From assembly GCA_963737655.1 (NCBI GenBank), contig CAVTTN010000002.1:1152001-1216000 (forward strand): a stretch of DNA of 64,000 nucleotides, in the 5' to 3' direction. The stretch is from an uncultured Planctomycetota bacterium. GTDB lineage: Bacteria; Planctomycetota; Planctomycetia; Isosphaerales; Isosphaeraceae. The position numbers and the translations under genes were made by a program. The notes below the pieces were generated by a model, which saw only the letters and a program-made list of their open reading frames with translations, was not told the DNA's origin and made no database searches. Below are positions 21,099-30,276 of this stretch, in pieces (within the stretch, counting starts at the first letter, position 1; every line of letters starts with the position of its first letter).

Positions 21099-21656
21099 TC
21101 ATTCCGAGCCGGCACCGGGGCCGGGCCGGACGCGCGAGGGGTCTCGCCAGTCGATCTGGGGGGCGTCGCCCCAGATCTCCTCGAGGGAATAGTAGACCCG
21201 CGCCTCCTCGGCGAACACGTGGACGACGAAATCGCCGTAGTCGATCAGGGTCCACCGGCCCTCCTCGGCCCCCTCGATCCCCATCTTGTGCTCGCCGACC
21301 TTCTTCATCTCGGCGTCGATCTCGTAGGTGATCGACGACGCCTGCCGCCGAGAGGCGGTCGAGGCGATCACGAAGAAATCGACCAGGGGCGTGGCGCCTC
21401 GGAGGTCGAGGACCAGGATGTCCTTCGCGCGGTTGTCCTCGGCGATCCGGGCGCAGAGCTTGGCGTGCTCCAGGGCGGCGTTGAGCCGGCCGGGGAAGGT
21501 CCGGCCCACGGCCGACGACGGCACCGCGTCCTGGACCTCGTGAGTCCCTCGGAGCCGCTTCGGCAGGCCATTCGCGGCGATCGAAGCGTCTTCGGCGGCG
21601 GGGGCCGGGCTATCATTCTCGGCCGGAACGGCCGTATCCTCGTTCATCTCGGGCAT
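21099..21656 (-). CDS. rsfS: Ribosome silencing factor RsfS with N-terminal extension
   Basis: AKDILVLDLR..DFFVIAS..RQ..IEG..WTLIDYGDFVVHVF..R.YYSLEEIWGDA. Confidence 0.93.
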   Translation of the reverse strand: MPEMNEDTAVPAENDSPAPAAEDASIAANGLPKRLRGTHEVQDAVPSSAVGRTFPGRLNAALEHAKLCARIAEDNRAKDILVLDLRGATPLVDFFVIASTASRRQASSITYEIDAEMKKVGEHKMGIEGAEEGRWTLIDYGDFVVHVFAEEARVYYSLEEIWGDAPQIDWRDPSRVRPGPGAGSE

Positions 21657-21806
21657 GCGTCTCAGGTCCCAAAGGCGGACGGCTCAAAAGATCGCGACGC
21701 CAGGCCGACACGACGCCCGGAAAATGGGTTCGTGGGCGGCGAGGGCGCGATCGGCGAACATGGCATTGTATCCCGAAGGCGAGGGGATTCCTATGGGGTG
21801 ATTTCC

Positions 21807-21909
21807 GTAGGGTGCATGCAATGCACCGTCGAGTCGGGCGGGTGAAACCCGCCGGCATGTGGTGGGCGGCCGAGGGCCGCCGCATGTTGGTGCATTTCAT
21901 GCACCCTAC
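21807..21909. repeat. REPIN-like element: inverted GTAG-REP pair with an internal GGCGGG-type REP
   Basis: GTAGGGTGCATGCAATGCACC-GTCGA-GTCGGGCGGGTGAAACCCGCC ... GGTGCATTTCATGCACCCTAC. Confidence 0.85.
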
Positions 21910-24900
21910 TTTCCGGTCGTCACCTGGACCCTGGCCGGCGATCCGGGCGCGTCTTCGAGCTCGACGCGGAGGCCGGAGCCTTCGGTCTTCGGCTTGAGGC
22001 GGAACGTGATCGCGTGGGGGCCGGGGGCGAGGTCGGCGTCGATCATTTCGCCGATGGGGACGCTTTTGCCGTCGATCTGGGCCTCGGCCACCGCCGCGGC
22101 GGGGTCGATCCGGAACCGGACGGTCCCCGGCGTCGAGACGTCCACCGAGAACCCGGCCCGGCCGCTCGGGCCGATCGCCTCGGCGGGCAACGTGCCGTCC
22201 ACCCGGCTGTAGGCCGGCACGTTCAGAGAGGCCGAACCCGGGGCGTCGGTCCTCCACCGCCGGACCAGCCTCGCCTTGCTCACCGAGTACGGCCCGACCT
22301 TGCCGAGCTCGGAGAGGAACCGCACGAGGTCCAGCAATTCGGGCCGGGTCAGGGTTTCCGTGAGCCCGGCGGGCATCAGCGAGCCGGCCTCTTTTTTCGC
22401 CTCGATCGACCCGGCGGGGATCGTCAAATCGCGGCCTTCGGCGTCGCGGAGGACGGTCTCCCGGTCGTTCTCGCGGAGCTTCACCCCGGTCAAGATCCGG
22501 CCGTCGTCGGTGGCCACGGTCAGCGAGTGATAGCCTTCCTTCACGGCCTTGTTGGGCTGCAAGATCGAGTCGATCAGGTAGTCGATCGGGGCGCTCGCGC
22601 CGATCGATTCCAGCCCCGGCCCGACCTGCCCGCCGGCCCCGGCGATGGCGTGGCAGTTCAGGCATTGCAGGGCCGGGGCGCGGAAGATCGCCTCGCCTCG
22701 CGAGGCGTCCCCCTGGGCGATCACGTCGGCGACCATCCGCCTCATCTCGGCGTCAGTCAGGGCGACCGGCTCGGCGGAGAGGCCCCCGGCCTTCGTGAAG
22801 GCTTCCAGGAGCGCGGGTTCGGACCGACCCGACGAGCGGACCGTTCTCACGGCGATTTTCGCGGGGTCGGGCGCCACGGTCTTGCCGGTAAGAGCCCTGG
22901 TGAGCGCCTCGCTGCCGCCCTTCTGGTTCATCAGCCCGGCGACGAGCACGGAGGCGTTGGTCTCCGGGAGCTTCGGGTCGGAGAGCCGCTCGACGGCCCT
23001 CTCGGCGCCGAGGTTCGGATCGATCGCGGCGAGGGCGATCGTCGCGGGCTCGCGGAGGTCCGACGATCGGGCGAGCTCGTCCAGGGCCTTCCGCGAGTCG
23101 TCCCCGCCGAGTCGCGCCAGCGCCATGAACGCCGCGATCCTCACGCCGAACGGCTCGGCCGGGTTCCTCGCCAGGGACAGGAGCTCCGCCTTCAACGCGC
23201 CGACGCCCCAGGCGCCGGCCGCGACGATCGCGGCGGAGCGAACCGCCTCGTCGCCGGGCCCGAGGAGCGTGCCGATCCGCGCCAGGTCCCCTTCGGGCCG
23301 GACCTTGCGGGCCCCGGCGGCGGAGGCCAGCGCCCGGACGATCGCGGCGCGGCGAGGGGCCGGCAGGTCGCTGCTCAGGGCGGCGTCGAACGCGGAGGCC
23401 AGGTCCTTCGGCGTGCCGAGGCTCGCGATCAGCCCGGCGGCGGCGTCTTCGCGGTCGGCCGGGATTTTTCCTTCGCGGAGCGACGCCAGCAACGGCCCGA
23501 CGATCGCCGGGGAACCCGCCGCCCCGAGGACGAACGCCAGCTTCTTCGAATCGCCGCCGAAATCCAGCTTCCCGGCCTGGAGCGCCGGGAGCCAGTGCGG
23601 CTGGAGCTGCCGGGCCGTCAGCCAGAGGGCGTATTCGAGGAACTTGTCGGGCGTCCCGCGATCGAACGCCGTCATGGCGGCTTCCACGGAGCGGACATCG
23701 GGCACGTCGGCCAGGGCGCGGACGGCCTCCAGGCGGACCCGGGGATGCTCGTCCGAGGCCCGGGGCGCCAGCAGGCCGAAGGCGTCGGAAATCCGTCCCT
23801 GCCAGTGAGGGACCACGCGACACGCGGCGGCCCTGGCGCGGAAATCGGGCGACTTCAACACGCTCGCGAGCAGATCGGGCTCGGGCACGTCGATCGTCTG
23901 GTACATCCAGAGCGCTTCCAGCCGGTCGTGCTCGAAATTCGCATCCTTGGGGTCGAGGTTCTTGACCCACTGGGCGAGCTTCGGGGCGACCTCGGCCGCG
24001 CCCTTCTCCTTCATCACCCGCTTGGCGAAGTGGCGGGTGAACCCCTCGGGGGCCTTGAGCGACCCGAGGAGGCTTTCGACCGAAGCCCCTTCCAGCTTCG
24101 GCCGTTCGACGAGAGGACGGTCCTTGGCCGTGACCCGCCAGATCCGGCCTCGGGTGTGGTCGCGCCGGGGATCTCGGAAATCGACCTCGCCGTGCTGGAT
24201 GATCGGGTTGTACCAGTCGGCGATGTAGATCGCCCCGTCCGGGCCCATCTTCACGTCGATGGGACGGAAGGCGCCGTGGGTCGTCTTGATCAGTTCCTGC
24301 TTCTCGCGAGACGCGAAGCCGGAGCCGTCGTCGCTCAGGACGAACCGGCAGACCCGGTTGGCCCGAAAATCGTTCGTGATCAGGTTGCCCTGCCAGTCCT
24401 CCGGCAGGTGCCGGCCCGAGGCCAGCTCCAGGCCGCAATGCTTCGGGCTGCCGGGGTTCAACCCGGGCAGGATGCGGACGGCGTCGGGCGCGGTGAAGTA
24501 GTAGGCGCCGGGGACGATGTAGTTGATCCCCTCGCCGCCGGCGCCGTCGGTGGCGAACGAGGCGCCCCAGGCGTCCTGGGCATAGCCCCAGGGGTTCACG
24601 AGGCCGCGGGCGAACACGTCCAGCCTCATCGTCTCGGGCCGGAACTGCCAGATCCCGCCGCCCCCGAGCCGGCTCGGCCCGTGAGGCGTTTCGATGTGAC
24701 TGTGGATATAAATCGACTGATTGAAGTAGAGGAGGCCGTCCTCGCCCCAGTGGAACGTGTGGATGATGTGGTGGGTATCCTCGGTGCCGAACCCGGAGAG
24801 GACCACGCGGCGGGAGTCGGCCTTGCCGTCGCCGTCGGTGTCCTTGAGGAAGACGATCTCGGTGGAGTTCGCGACGTAGGCCCCGCCGTCGCCGGGCTCG

Positions 24901-25250
24901 ACGCCGGTGGGGATCAGCAGGCCGTCGGCGAACACGCGGGTGGAGTCGGCCTTGCCGTCGCCGTCCTTGTCTTCGAGGACCAGCACCTTGTCATTGGCGG
25001 CCTGGCCCGGCTTGATCTGCGGATAGACCTCGCTCGACGCCACCCAGAGCCGCCCCCGGGCGTCGAAATTGATCCCGATCGGCTTGGCCAGCAGCGGGTC
25101 GGCGGCATAGAGGTTCACCTCGAACCCCGGCGCGACCTGGAACGACTTCCGCTCGACCTCCGGGTCGGGGTCGGGGATCACCGTCAGGTTCCTCTGGGCA
25201 AACGCCGAGGAGGGCAGGGCGATCAGCACGAGGAGGGCGAGACGTCGCAT
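21906..25250 (-). CDS. PVC-type heme-binding CxxCH protein (dehydrogenase-like beta-propeller, HEAT repeats, cytochrome c)
   Basis: Signal peptide; FEVNLYAADP..KP; DTDGDGKAD; GPDGAIYIADWYN; CLNCH; GPGL..IG; SLMPAGL. Confidence 0.92.
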   Translation of the reverse strand: MRRLALLVLIALPSSAFAQRNLTVIPDPDPEVERKSFQVAPGFEVNLYAADPLLAKPIGINFDARGRLWVASSEVYPQIKPGQAANDKVLVLEDKDGDGKADSTRVFADGLLIPTGVEPGDGGAYVANSTEIVFLKDTDGDGKADSRRVVLSGFGTEDTHHIIHTFHWGEDGLLYFNQSIYIHSHIETPHGPSRLGGGGIWQFRPETMRLDVFARGLVNPWGYAQDAWGASFATDGAGGEGINYIVPGAYYFTAPDAVRILPGLNPGSPKHCGLELASGRHLPEDWQGNLITNDFRANRVCRFVLSDDGSGFASREKQELIKTTHGAFRPIDVKMGPDGAIYIADWYNPIIQHGEVDFRDPRRDHTRGRIWRVTAKDRPLVERPKLEGASVESLLGSLKAPEGFTRHFAKRVMKEKGAAEVAPKLAQWVKNLDPKDANFEHDRLEALWMYQTIDVPEPDLLASVLKSPDFRARAAACRVVPHWQGRISDAFGLLAPRASDEHPRVRLEAVRALADVPDVRSVEAAMTAFDRGTPDKFLEYALWLTARQLQPHWLPALQAGKLDFGGDSKKLAFVLGAAGSPAIVGPLLASLREGKIPADREDAAAGLIASLGTPKDLASAFDAALSSDLPAPRRAAIVRALASAAGARKVRPEGDLARIGTLLGPGDEAVRSAAIVAAGAWGVGALKAELLSLARNPAEPFGVRIAAFMALARLGGDDSRKALDELARSSDLREPATIALAAIDPNLGAERAVERLSDPKLPETNASVLVAGLMNQKGGSEALTRALTGKTVAPDPAKIAVRTVRSSGRSEPALLEAFTKAGGLSAEPVALTDAEMRRMVADVIAQGDASRGEAIFRAPALQCLNCHAIAGAGGQVGPGLESIGASAPIDYLIDSILQPNKAVKEGYHSLTVATDDGRILTGVKLRENDRETVLRDAEGRDLTIPAGSIEAKKEAGSLMPAGLTETLTRPELLDLVRFLSELGKVGPYSVSKARLVRRWRTDAPGSASLNVPAYSRVDGTLPAEAIGPSGRAGFSVDVSTPGTVRFRIDPAAAVAEAQIDGKSVPIGEMIDADLAPGPHAITFRLKPKTEGSGLRVELEDAPGSPARVQVTTGK

Positions 25251-25345
25251 GAGAAAAGTCCGCGGAGGAAGGCCGTCCAATCCCGTCGAGCGACTCTAGC
25301 AGGGCCCTCGCCCCTTGCCCACGACCCTCTCCCGGATTTGAAGAA

Positions 25346-25438
25346 GGGGACCGAAACGCAGATCACGCAGATTACGCAGATTGAGAGAAGAGCTTGATTT
25401 CAATCTGCGTAATCTGCGTGATCTGCGTTTCGGTCCCC
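25346..25438. repeat. Perfect 39-bp inverted repeat with internal 9-bp tandem units
   Basis: GGGGACCGAAACGCAGATCACGCAGATTACGCAGATTGA, 15-nt loop, then its exact reverse complement. Confidence 0.9.
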
Positions 25439-25584
25439 CGCTCCCTCCTGGCTTCCGGAAGGCCCGGGCCCGGGATTCCGGCGCCTTGCGGGCGGGCGAG
25501 GGGCTGTTATGATGCGGGGCCAGGCGCCCGGAGGTCCGGGCCGTTCGTTCTCGATTTCGCCCTTTCGGGAGACGCGCAGAGATC

Positions 25585-26097
25585 ATGGCCGACCACACGA
25601 TGCTCATCGGCGAGGCCCTCGTCGGCGAAGGGAACGAGATCGCCCACATCGACCTCATGATCGGGACCAAGACCGGCCCGGTCGGCGTGGCGTTCGCCAC
25701 CGCCCTGGCCAATCAGTCCAACGGCCACACGAATTTGCTGGCGGTCCTCACGCCGAACCTGGCCGTGAAGCCCTCGACGGTCCTGATCACCAAGGTCACG
25801 ATCAAGGGGATGAAGCAGGCCGTGCAGATGTTCGGCCCCGCGCAGAAGGCCGTGGCCAAGGCCGTGGCCGACAGCGTGGCCGCCGGGGTGATCCCCGCCG
25901 ACAAGGCCGAGGAACTGGTGATCGTCTGCGGGGTGTTCATCCACCCGGCCGCCGAGGACGACGCCAAGATCGAGCAGTTCAACTACGAGGCCACCAAGAT
26001 GGCCATCGCCTCGGCCATGCACGGCAAGCCCACCGCCGCCGAGATGATCGCCGGCAAGGACACCGCCAAGCACCCGTTCGCCGCCAACAAGGCGTGA
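25585..26097 (+). CDS. fae: Formaldehyde-activating enzyme
   Basis: IGEALVGEGNEIAHIDLMIG, GHTNLLAV..PNL.VKP, KVTIK..QAVQMFGPAQ, GVFIHP, NYEATK. Confidence 0.97.
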   Translation: MADHTMLIGEALVGEGNEIAHIDLMIGTKTGPVGVAFATALANQSNGHTNLLAVLTPNLAVKPSTVLITKVTIKGMKQAVQMFGPAQKAVAKAVADSVAAGVIPADKAEELVIVCGVFIHPAAEDDAKIEQFNYEATKMAIASAMHGKPTAAEMIAGKDTAKHPFAANKA

Positions 26098-26123
26098 ATC
26101 CCGTGGTCCGTCCATCGCCGAGG

Positions 26124-26214
26124 ATCGGGTGGCATGCCCACGTCCGCGTGGGCATGTCTTCGGACCGGGTCTGACCGAAGACATGCCCACCCGGACGTGG
26201 GCATGCCACCCGAC
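26124..26214. repeat. Nested-palindrome REPIN-like element (GGTGGCATGC family)
   Basis: GGGTGGCATGCCCACGTCCGCGTGGGCATGTCTTCGG ... CCGAAGACATGCCCACCCGGACGTGGGCATGCCACCCGAC. Confidence 0.85.
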
Positions 26215-26310
26215 CAGGCAAGACGGTCCAACCTTCTCGCCCTCGACCCGAGGCAAGGGAGAAGGTTCCTGGCGCCTGCGCCGCGGGTTTCCGACGAGGA
26301 TTCGCCCTCT

Positions 26311-26350
26311 CCGAACCGAACCGAGCCAAGCCGAACCGAGCCGAGCCGAC
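26311..26350 (+). repeat. Pentanucleotide tandem repeat (CCGAR-like, about 8 units) just upstream of mtd
   Basis: ccgaa ccgaa ccgag ccaag ccgaa ccgag ccgag ccgac. Confidence 0.7.
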
Positions 26351-26353
26351 GCG

Positions 26354-27220
26354 ATGAAGCCGACGATCCTGGTCCAGCTCGACACCGACCCTCAGCCCAG
26401 CGTGTTCGACTCGGTCGTGGCCGTGGATTCGGGGGTCGCCCACCTGTTCCGCCACGGCGGAATCCGGGCCGAGGCCGTTCGCGACCTCGTCCACGGGGCG
26501 TTGTTCACCCGGGGGCCGGCGGATTTGAAGAACACGGCCATTTTCGTCGGAGGGTCGGACGTCCGCGAGGGCGAGGCAGTGCTCCAGGCGGTCCTGGACA
26601 GCTTCTTCGGGCCGTTCCGCGTGTCGGTCCTGTTCGACCCCAACGGCTGCAACACCACGGCCGCCGCCGCCGTCCTGGCGGCTTTGAAAGGGTCGGGCGG
26701 GTCCGTGAAAGGCCGAAAAGCGGCCGTCCTGGGGGCGTCGGGGCCGGTCGGCCAGAGGGTCGCTCGGCTCCTGGCTCGCGAGGGGGCCGAGGTCGCCGTC
26801 GGGTCGAGACGGCTCGATCGCGCCGTGGCCACCGCCGAGGTCCTTCGAACGACCACCGGGGCGACCTTCTCCCCGTTCGCCTCGGGCGAGGCAGACGAGC
26901 CGGCCGAGCCCCTGGAAAACGCCGAGATCGTCGTCTCGGCCGGCGCCGCCGGGGCGCTCACGCTCCCGAAATCGGCCCGCGATCGCCTCGAGCACCTGAA
27001 GGTCGCCATCGACCTCAACGCCGTCCCTCCGCTGGGGATCGAGGGGGTCGAGGCGACCGATCGCGAGAAGTCGCTCGACGGCCTGATCGCCTGGGGCGCG
27101 CTGGGCGTGGGGGCCACGAAGATGAAGATCCACAAGAAGGCGCTTCAGGACCTCTTCACGACCAATGACCGCATCCTGGACGCCGAACAATGCCTGGAAA
27201 TCGGCCGGTCGCTCGGCTGA
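26354..27220 (+). CDS. mtdC: NADP-dependent methylene-H4MPT/H4F dehydrogenase (MtdA/MtdC family)
   Basis: LDTDPQPSVFD..VAVDSG, GALFTRGP, GCNTTAAAAV, GASGPVG, DLNAVPPLGIEG, GALGVG; next to fae. Confidence 0.9.
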   Translation: MKPTILVQLDTDPQPSVFDSVVAVDSGVAHLFRHGGIRAEAVRDLVHGALFTRGPADLKNTAIFVGGSDVREGEAVLQAVLDSFFGPFRVSVLFDPNGCNTTAAAAVLAALKGSGGSVKGRKAAVLGASGPVGQRVARLLAREGAEVAVGSRRLDRAVATAEVLRTTTGATFSPFASGEADEPAEPLENAEIVVSAGAAGALTLPKSARDRLEHLKVAIDLNAVPPLGIEGVEATDREKSLDGLIAWGALGVGATKMKIHKKALQDLFTTNDRILDAEQCLEIGRSLG

Positions 27221-27248
27221 TCGGTTCGGATCTCGGAGGGAACCCCAA

Positions 27249-28301
27249 GTGCGACGCCTCCTCTCCCCGCTCGTCGCCCTGGTCCTCGGCGCCTCGGTCT
27301 CGACCGTTTCGGCCGCCGACCTGGAAATCTATTTCATCGATGTGGACGGCGGGGCCGCGACCCTGATCGTCACCCCGGATCGCGAGTCGATCCTGATCGA
27401 TTCGGGCTGGCCCGGCCGGGACGACCGCGACCCCAAGCGGATCGTGAGCGTCCTGAAAAACGAGGCGAAGCTCGACCGGATCGACCACCTTGTGACGAGC
27501 CACTGGCACATGGACCACTTCGGAGGGGTCGAAGGGCTGGCGAAGCTCGTCGCGATCGGCCACTTCTGGGACCGCGGCCTCCCCGAAGACCGGTCCCCCG
27601 GCCTGGACTTCCCCGACGGGCCGAAGGCCGACGACCCCCTGGGGATCGCCTACCGGAAGGCCAGCGCCGGCAAGAGGACCGCGTTGAAACCCGGCGATCG
27701 GCTGCCCCTGAAGGGGGCCGAGGCGCTGGTCCTGGCCTCGGGAGGCCGGACGATCTCGTTCTCGCAACGATATCCCGTCCGGGCCGTCCGCGACCTCCCG
27801 GCCAACCCCCTCTGCGAATCCGCGCCCGCCGATTTGCCCGTCGATCCCAGCGACAACGCCCGGAGCCTCGCCCTGCTGATCTCGGCGGGGAGCTTCCGGT
27901 TCCTCGACTGTGGCGACCTGACCTGGAACGTGGAGAAGGCGCTGGTCTGCCCGGCCGACCTGATCGGCAAGGTCGATCTCTTCCAGGTCACCCATCACGG
28001 GATGGACATTTCCAATCATCCCACGCTGGTCCGGACGATCGCCCCGAAGGTCGCGATCATGGACAACGGCCCGAGAAAAGGCGGGTCGGCGGCCACGGTG
28101 AAGCTCCTGAAGGCGACGCCCAGCGTCCAGGCGATTTACGCCCTCCACAAGAACCTCGCCACCGGCCCCGAGGACAACGCCCCGGCCGACCGGATCGCCA
28201 ACGCCGACCCCGCCGGAGGCAAGTTCCTCAAGGTCACGGTCCCGCCCGGAGGAAAGTCGTTCACCGTCTACCTCGGCGACAAGGCGGAGACGTTCAAGTG
28301 A
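27249..28301 (+). CDS. Secreted metallo-beta-lactamase-fold hydrolase (ComEC/Rec2-like)
   Basis: Signal peptide; FIDVDGG, IDSG, SHWHMDHFGG, CGDL, THHG. Confidence 0.88.
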   Translation: MRRLLSPLVALVLGASVSTVSAADLEIYFIDVDGGAATLIVTPDRESILIDSGWPGRDDRDPKRIVSVLKNEAKLDRIDHLVTSHWHMDHFGGVEGLAKLVAIGHFWDRGLPEDRSPGLDFPDGPKADDPLGIAYRKASAGKRTALKPGDRLPLKGAEALVLASGGRTISFSQRYPVRAVRDLPANPLCESAPADLPVDPSDNARSLALLISAGSFRFLDCGDLTWNVEKALVCPADLIGKVDLFQVTHHGMDISNHPTLVRTIAPKVAIMDNGPRKGGSAATVKLLKATPSVQAIYALHKNLATGPEDNAPADRIANADPAGGKFLKVTVPPGGKSFTVYLGDKAETFK

Positions 28302-28316
28302 CGAAAACCCATGTTC

Positions 28317-28363
28317 GGCGGGTTTCACCCGCCCGACACGACGGTGGATTTCCTCCACCCTAC
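28317..28363 (-). repeat. Tandem REP-like pair
   Basis: Reverse complement GTAGGGTGGAGGAAATCCACC-GTCGT-GTCGGGCGGGTGAAACCCGCC. Confidence 0.8.
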
Positions 28364-29037
28364 AGGTTCAGCTCATACGAATTCGACCGGGGCAGGCTGC
28401 CGCCGACGTCTTCCCATCCGTAGCCGTAAACGCCGATGTGCTGGAGGCGGATCGTGGTATCCGCAACGATCTTGTAGCCGCACCGGCGGACCCGTTCGCT
28501 GAAGGCGAAGTCCTCGCCCAGATAGCGGTGGCCGTCGCGGTCGGGGATGACCATCGGCAGGAAGAACGGGTAGGTCGGCGGGCCGACCCGGCTCCGGCAG
28601 GGCGGCAGTCCGCGGCGGATCAGCTCGAGGTAGATCTCTCGGCGAGTGAAGGTAAATCCGCCCGCGGCGCGGAGGATCTCGATCAACCCCCCGCCGTCGC
28701 CGAACGTGACTCGCGTCGTCCCCGGCAGGAGCTCGCTGGTCAGGTCTTTTTCGACCTTCTTGGGATAGATCCCGCAGCAGATGGGCAGCCCGTGAGACCT
28801 CAACCGATCGACCGACCGGGGGTCGAAGGCGATGTCGGCGTCGATCCACATCAATTCGTCGAACCCCTCGGCCAGGGCGTCGGCGGCCAGGCGATTGCGG
28901 GCCACGTCGATCTGGGAGAAGCCGTAGAGCCGCCGGACCGGGTAGCCCATCGCCTCGAGCTGGCCGAGAGACAGGGCGCAATGCGGCTCGATGTAATACA
29001 ACGCCGGCACGAGGATGGCGCACCGGGAGTTATCCAC
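28360..29037 (-). CDS. GT-A fold (GT2-like) glycosyltransferase
   Basis: ARNRLA, WIDADIAF (DxD), GIYPKK, GGFT, GEDFAF, DTTIRLQHIG. Confidence 0.8.
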   Translation of the reverse strand: MDNSRCAILVPALYYIEPHCALSLGQLEAMGYPVRRLYGFSQIDVARNRLAADALAEGFDELMWIDADIAFDPRSVDRLRSHGLPICCGIYPKKVEKDLTSELLPGTTRVTFGDGGGLIEILRAAGGFTFTRREIYLELIRRGLPPCRSRVGPPTYPFFLPMVIPDRDGHRYLGEDFAFSERVRRCGYKIVADTTIRLQHIGVYGYGWEDVGGSLPRSNSYELNL

Positions 29038-29998
29038 CGACCGCCTCCCTCGCCTCGGTCATCGCGGTCGCCGACGGCTTCCGCCCCCGACCCCGGGGCT
29101 TCGGCTGGTGCTTCCACCGGCGATGGAGCCAGAGGTACTGGTCGGGGTCGCGGCGGATGATCCGTTCCAACGCCGCCGTATAGCGTTGCGTCAACAGCTT
29201 CACGTCGTCGGACGTCCCGGTGAACTCCCCCGGCTCGATGATCGCGTCGCATCCCACCTCGTACCGGAACCCCGGGCCGATCCTCCGGGCGTAGCCGACG
29301 ACGACCGGAGCGTTGTGCTCCAAAGCCAGCAGGGCGATGGCCTTGTGGGTCGAGGCGGGTCGGCCGAAGAAGTCGACGTAGAGGCCGTTCTGACCGGCGT
29401 CCTGGTCGGCCAGGAACGACAGGACCCCTCCGTTGCGGAGGACGTCCAGCATCTGCTCGTAGCCCCCCTTCTTCGGGATCATCTTCTGGCCGGTCCGCTC
29501 GCGGAACGAGCGGAGGAAGCGGTCGAGGTGGGGATTGTCCAGCGTCCGGGCCACCGAATGAGGCGGGAACCCGAACACGCCGAACAGATACCCCGCCATC
29601 TCCCAGTTGCCGAAGTGGCCGGTCAGCATGATCACCGGCCCGCCCTTCAGCAAGCGATCGACGACCGGCTCATGGCCGACCAGGGTGATCCGGTCCCGCC
29701 AGGTGGTGGGATGGAGCTTCCGGGGGATGTGGAGGATCTCCATCAACATCCGGCAGAAGTGGCGAAACACCCCCCGGACGATCGCATCCCGCCGCTTTTC
29801 CGAATAGCGGTCGCCGAACGCCAGGCGCAGATTCTCCATCCCCACCCGCCGATGCCTCTTATCCAGGCGATAGAGGAGGGCGGCCAGGAGATCGGCGAAT
29901 CGATACGATTGCTCGACCCCAAACGCCTGGCACACGCCGACGACGACGCGGGCGGCGAGGTAAACCAGGTAATCCAGGGCAGGGCGACGGCGCTTCAC
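29030..29998 (-). CDS. Lipid A late acyltransferase / lysophospholipid acyltransferase (LpxL/HtrB family)
   Basis: ENLRLAF, TGHFGNWE, LDNP, LADQD, VDFFGRPA, PDQYLWLHRRWK. Start approximate. Confidence 0.92.
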   Translation of the reverse strand: MKRRRPALDYLVYLAARVVVGVCQAFGVEQSYRFADLLAALLYRLDKRHRRVGMENLRLAFGDRYSEKRRDAIVRGVFRHFCRMLMEILHIPRKLHPTTWRDRITLVGHEPVVDRLLKGGPVIMLTGHFGNWEMAGYLFGVFGFPPHSVARTLDNPHLDRFLRSFRERTGQKMIPKKGGYEQMLDVLRNGGVLSFLADQDAGQNGLYVDFFGRPASTHKAIALLALEHNAPVVVGYARRIGPGFRYEVGCDAIIEPGEFTGTSDDVKLLTQRYTAALERIIRRDPDQYLWLHRRWKHQPKPRGRGRKPSATAMTEAREAVGG

Positions 29999-30276
29999 GA
30001 CGGTCACTCCGTTGACCGAGAGGCCGGCGAAAGATCGGGCGATCGGCGAATCTAATCGGAAACGGCCGATCGCGGTAGGCGGATCGGCGGCGATTCGTGA
30101 CCCGGGCGCGGTGGTCGGCTCGTCGAACCGTCGATCCCGCAATCCCTTGCGGCCGTCCCGGCGACTCAGACGGATTCGTGGAGGTCCGGCGAGGATCGCA
30201 GTGAAAGGGCATGCCGGACCGCGAGACGAGGGCCGGGGCCGTCTCGGCGGACGGCCCTCGGCGGCGAGGCGCGGGG

